Part shown: positions 6,017 to 7,489 of the stretch, in pieces
Layout of the letters: every line of letters begins with the position of its first letter
Numbering within the stretch: position 1 is the stretch's first letter
NCBI RefSeq assembly: GCF_006345805.1
Contig: NW_021828824.1
Coordinates: 1-7,489 of the forward strand
Source of the DNA: Octopus sinensis
Taxonomy: Eukaryota
Reading direction: 5' to 3'
DNA length: 7,489 nt
Notes under the pieces: generated by a model
The model's database searches: none
Told to the model about the DNA's origin: nothing
The model's input: only the letters and a program-made list of their open reading frames with translations
Position numbers and translations under genes: made by a program

Positions 6017-6386
6017 TTCATAAAAAAGAGAAGGACACTTTAAGAAGCATTCAGTAAAAGCTTTCCCATAGCTGGTCATTTTTCACGCTAGAAATAGAAA
6101 CCACTTTACTTTTCATATAAAATTTGAAGGACAGATAAGAAGCATTCATAAATAAATTGACCTGTATATGGTCTCATTTCATGCTAGAAAGAGCCACCTA
6201 AACCTTCACATTTTTGTCTCATCACATAAAAACCAAGGACAATTTCCAAAGCATCCATGTCAAATATTGTCCTATAGATGGCCTAACATCATGCTAGAAA
6301 TAACAGCCAAATACTCTGAAATTTGTATCGTTTTTCATAAAATAAGTGAAGGACACTTTAAGAAGCAACTCTAAAAATGTTGTCCT
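6017..6386 (+). repeat. Degenerate tandem repeat, ~3.5 copies of a 96-114 bp unit
   Basis: AAGGAC anchors at 6031, 6127, 6235 and 6349. GCTAGAAA anchors at 6087, 6183 and 6293, which is 56, 56 and 58 nt after each AAGGAC. Exact 20-mer gaaggacactttaagaagca at 6030 and 6348; tcatgctagaaa at 6179 and 6289. Confidence 0.8.
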
Positions 6387-6620
6387 GCGGCGGTTTAAGT
6401 GTAAAATATTATAAAAGTATGCATCTATGAGTTTTATGTGTTTAAAAAACATAGCAAAGACCTGTGTGTATATGTAGGTATATACATGTGTATAAAGGTA
6501 TTCATTTGAATGAAATTTGGTAGAAATAACTTTCAAACGATGTAGATTACGATTACAAAGAAATTTGTTGGCAAAATGTTTTGTAAGGTGTCGAGGGAGA
6601 AAGTGTGTGATTTAAGGGAG

Positions 6621-6641
6621 ATTTGGCTGTTGTTTCTAGCA
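6621..6641 (-). repeat. Inverted partial copy of the same repeat family
   Basis: The reverse complement tgctagaaacaacagccaaat matches 6292-6312 tgctagaaataacagccaaat at 20/21. Confidence 0.8.
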
Positions 6642-6987
6642 CACCACCCTCCTTGTCTTTTTTTTTTTTTCTCATTTTTTCCCTCAGAAACACATTTATG
6701 TTACAAAAAAATAAAAAGAATATTTAAAAAATCTCTGATTATTTTTAGCCCCACTTCCTGGCCCCCGATTCTTTCTCTTTATATAATTGTAAAATATTGG
6801 AGAGCCTGAGAAGATTCTTGCTGGGATTTATCCACAGGGATTTAAATAAGAGCTTTGTAAAAGAGGATTTCTTTTGAGAGCATCCTTTTCTCTTAGAAAA
6901 GTGGAAGTTTCATTAAAAATATCCATTTTCCTGGAAGTTATGAGGAAACAAAGTCGATGGGGTGTTCATCTGTAGTTATGCCAAAGG

Positions 6988-7310
6988 ATATATATATATA
7001 TATAACTGTAGAAATGTAGGTGTGTATATATATATTATATGTATGTGTGTTTGTGTATACATTTATTCATGTATATGTACAAGTTTAAAAAAGAAATATC
7101 AAAAGATGTTGGAATATTTGAGGTATTGGATAATTTCCGACTCTATTGTATAGGATTGCCGATACATTTATATAGGAATATAAATATACATCATTACTAT
7201 ACCCACAGGAAAGCAGAATATTATATATACATGCATATTCATATATAAACTCAAATATATATACATATAATTATACATTATTATACGTAGACTTCTTGCA
7301 CACACATAGA
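6988..7310. repeat. AT-rich low-complexity region with (TA)n/(TG)n/(CA)n microsatellites
   Basis: atatatatatatatata (6988), gtgtgtatatatatattatatgtatgtgtg, and repeated tatatacat/atatata tracts up to cacacacata. Confidence 0.85.
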
Positions 7311-7374
7311 AAAGAACGGGTAAATCCATCTGTGACAACCCATGCTTAAGGTGTCTGGATATTTCGGTCTGGTA

Positions 7375-7488
7375 TCATACAAACTGCCCAGTCTGGAGTC
7401 TCTCTATAACTTCTGCCGCTTCCCGTTCAATTGTTTCTATTTGTCGCTTCAACGCTAATTTGAATGACAAAAACGCGGAGAAAAAGGC
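7375..7488 (-). CDS. Possible exon of a convergent neighbouring gene (coiled-coil-like peptide); runs off the window end
   Basis: The minus frame reads AFFSAFLSFKLALKRQIETIEREAAEVIERLQTGQFV*. Sequence complexity and GC rise abruptly after the TA tract. A pyrimidine tract plus AG acceptor (cctttttctccgcgtttttgtcattcaaattag|) would open an exon at 7454. The frame is short, so chance is possible. Confidence 0.3.
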   Translation of the reverse strand, partial: AFFSAFLSFKLALKRQIETIEREAAEVIERLQTGQFV

Positions 7489-7489
7489 G

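Noticed and set aside
6017-6386. CRISPR-like repeat-spacer array, or a decayed coding repeat (periods 96/108/114 are multiples of 3; ORF 6168..6374)
   Set aside because: The context is eukaryotic with no cas genes, the cores are too long and too divergent, and the 'spacers' are weakly homologous to each other. Stops occur in the frames checked, and the HAR motif changes frame in unit 3.
5232-7248. Short ORFs 5232..5423, 6294..6536, 6576..6809, 6962..7153 and 7039..7248
   Set aside because: Dominated by Y/I/C/V/H runs from (TA)/(TG)/(CA) repeats or F/K runs from poly-T/A tracts, with no coding signal.

Overview
Eukaryotic, AT-rich, microsatellite-dense genomic DNA. The mix of compound (TA/CA)n and (TCA/TCG)n tracts looks like a coleoid cephalopod (Octopus-like) genome, but that is an impression, not a match. 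Bases 1-5077 hold one intronless coding block. The ORF track splits it into 43..882 and 929..5077, but it reads as one protein of about 1,690 aa or more: frame +1 is already open at base 1, and a third frame (843-947) bridges the gap with an obvious repeat blade. The protein is about six tandem, highly diverged NHL-like/six-bladed beta-propeller units of ~250-285 aa, resembling the C-terminal propeller of mollusc TRIM/B-box-like proteins. It carries in-frame insertions derived from simple repeats. At least two frameshifts at 840-947 mean assembly error, recent pseudogenisation or splice rescue. Downstream are a decayed tRNA-like remnant, di- and trinucleotide microsatellites that create spurious poly-S/I/M ORFs, a degenerate ~96-114 bp tandem repeat with an inverted partial copy, and a possible minus-strand exon at the right edge. 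No prokaryotic system or CRISPR array is supported.
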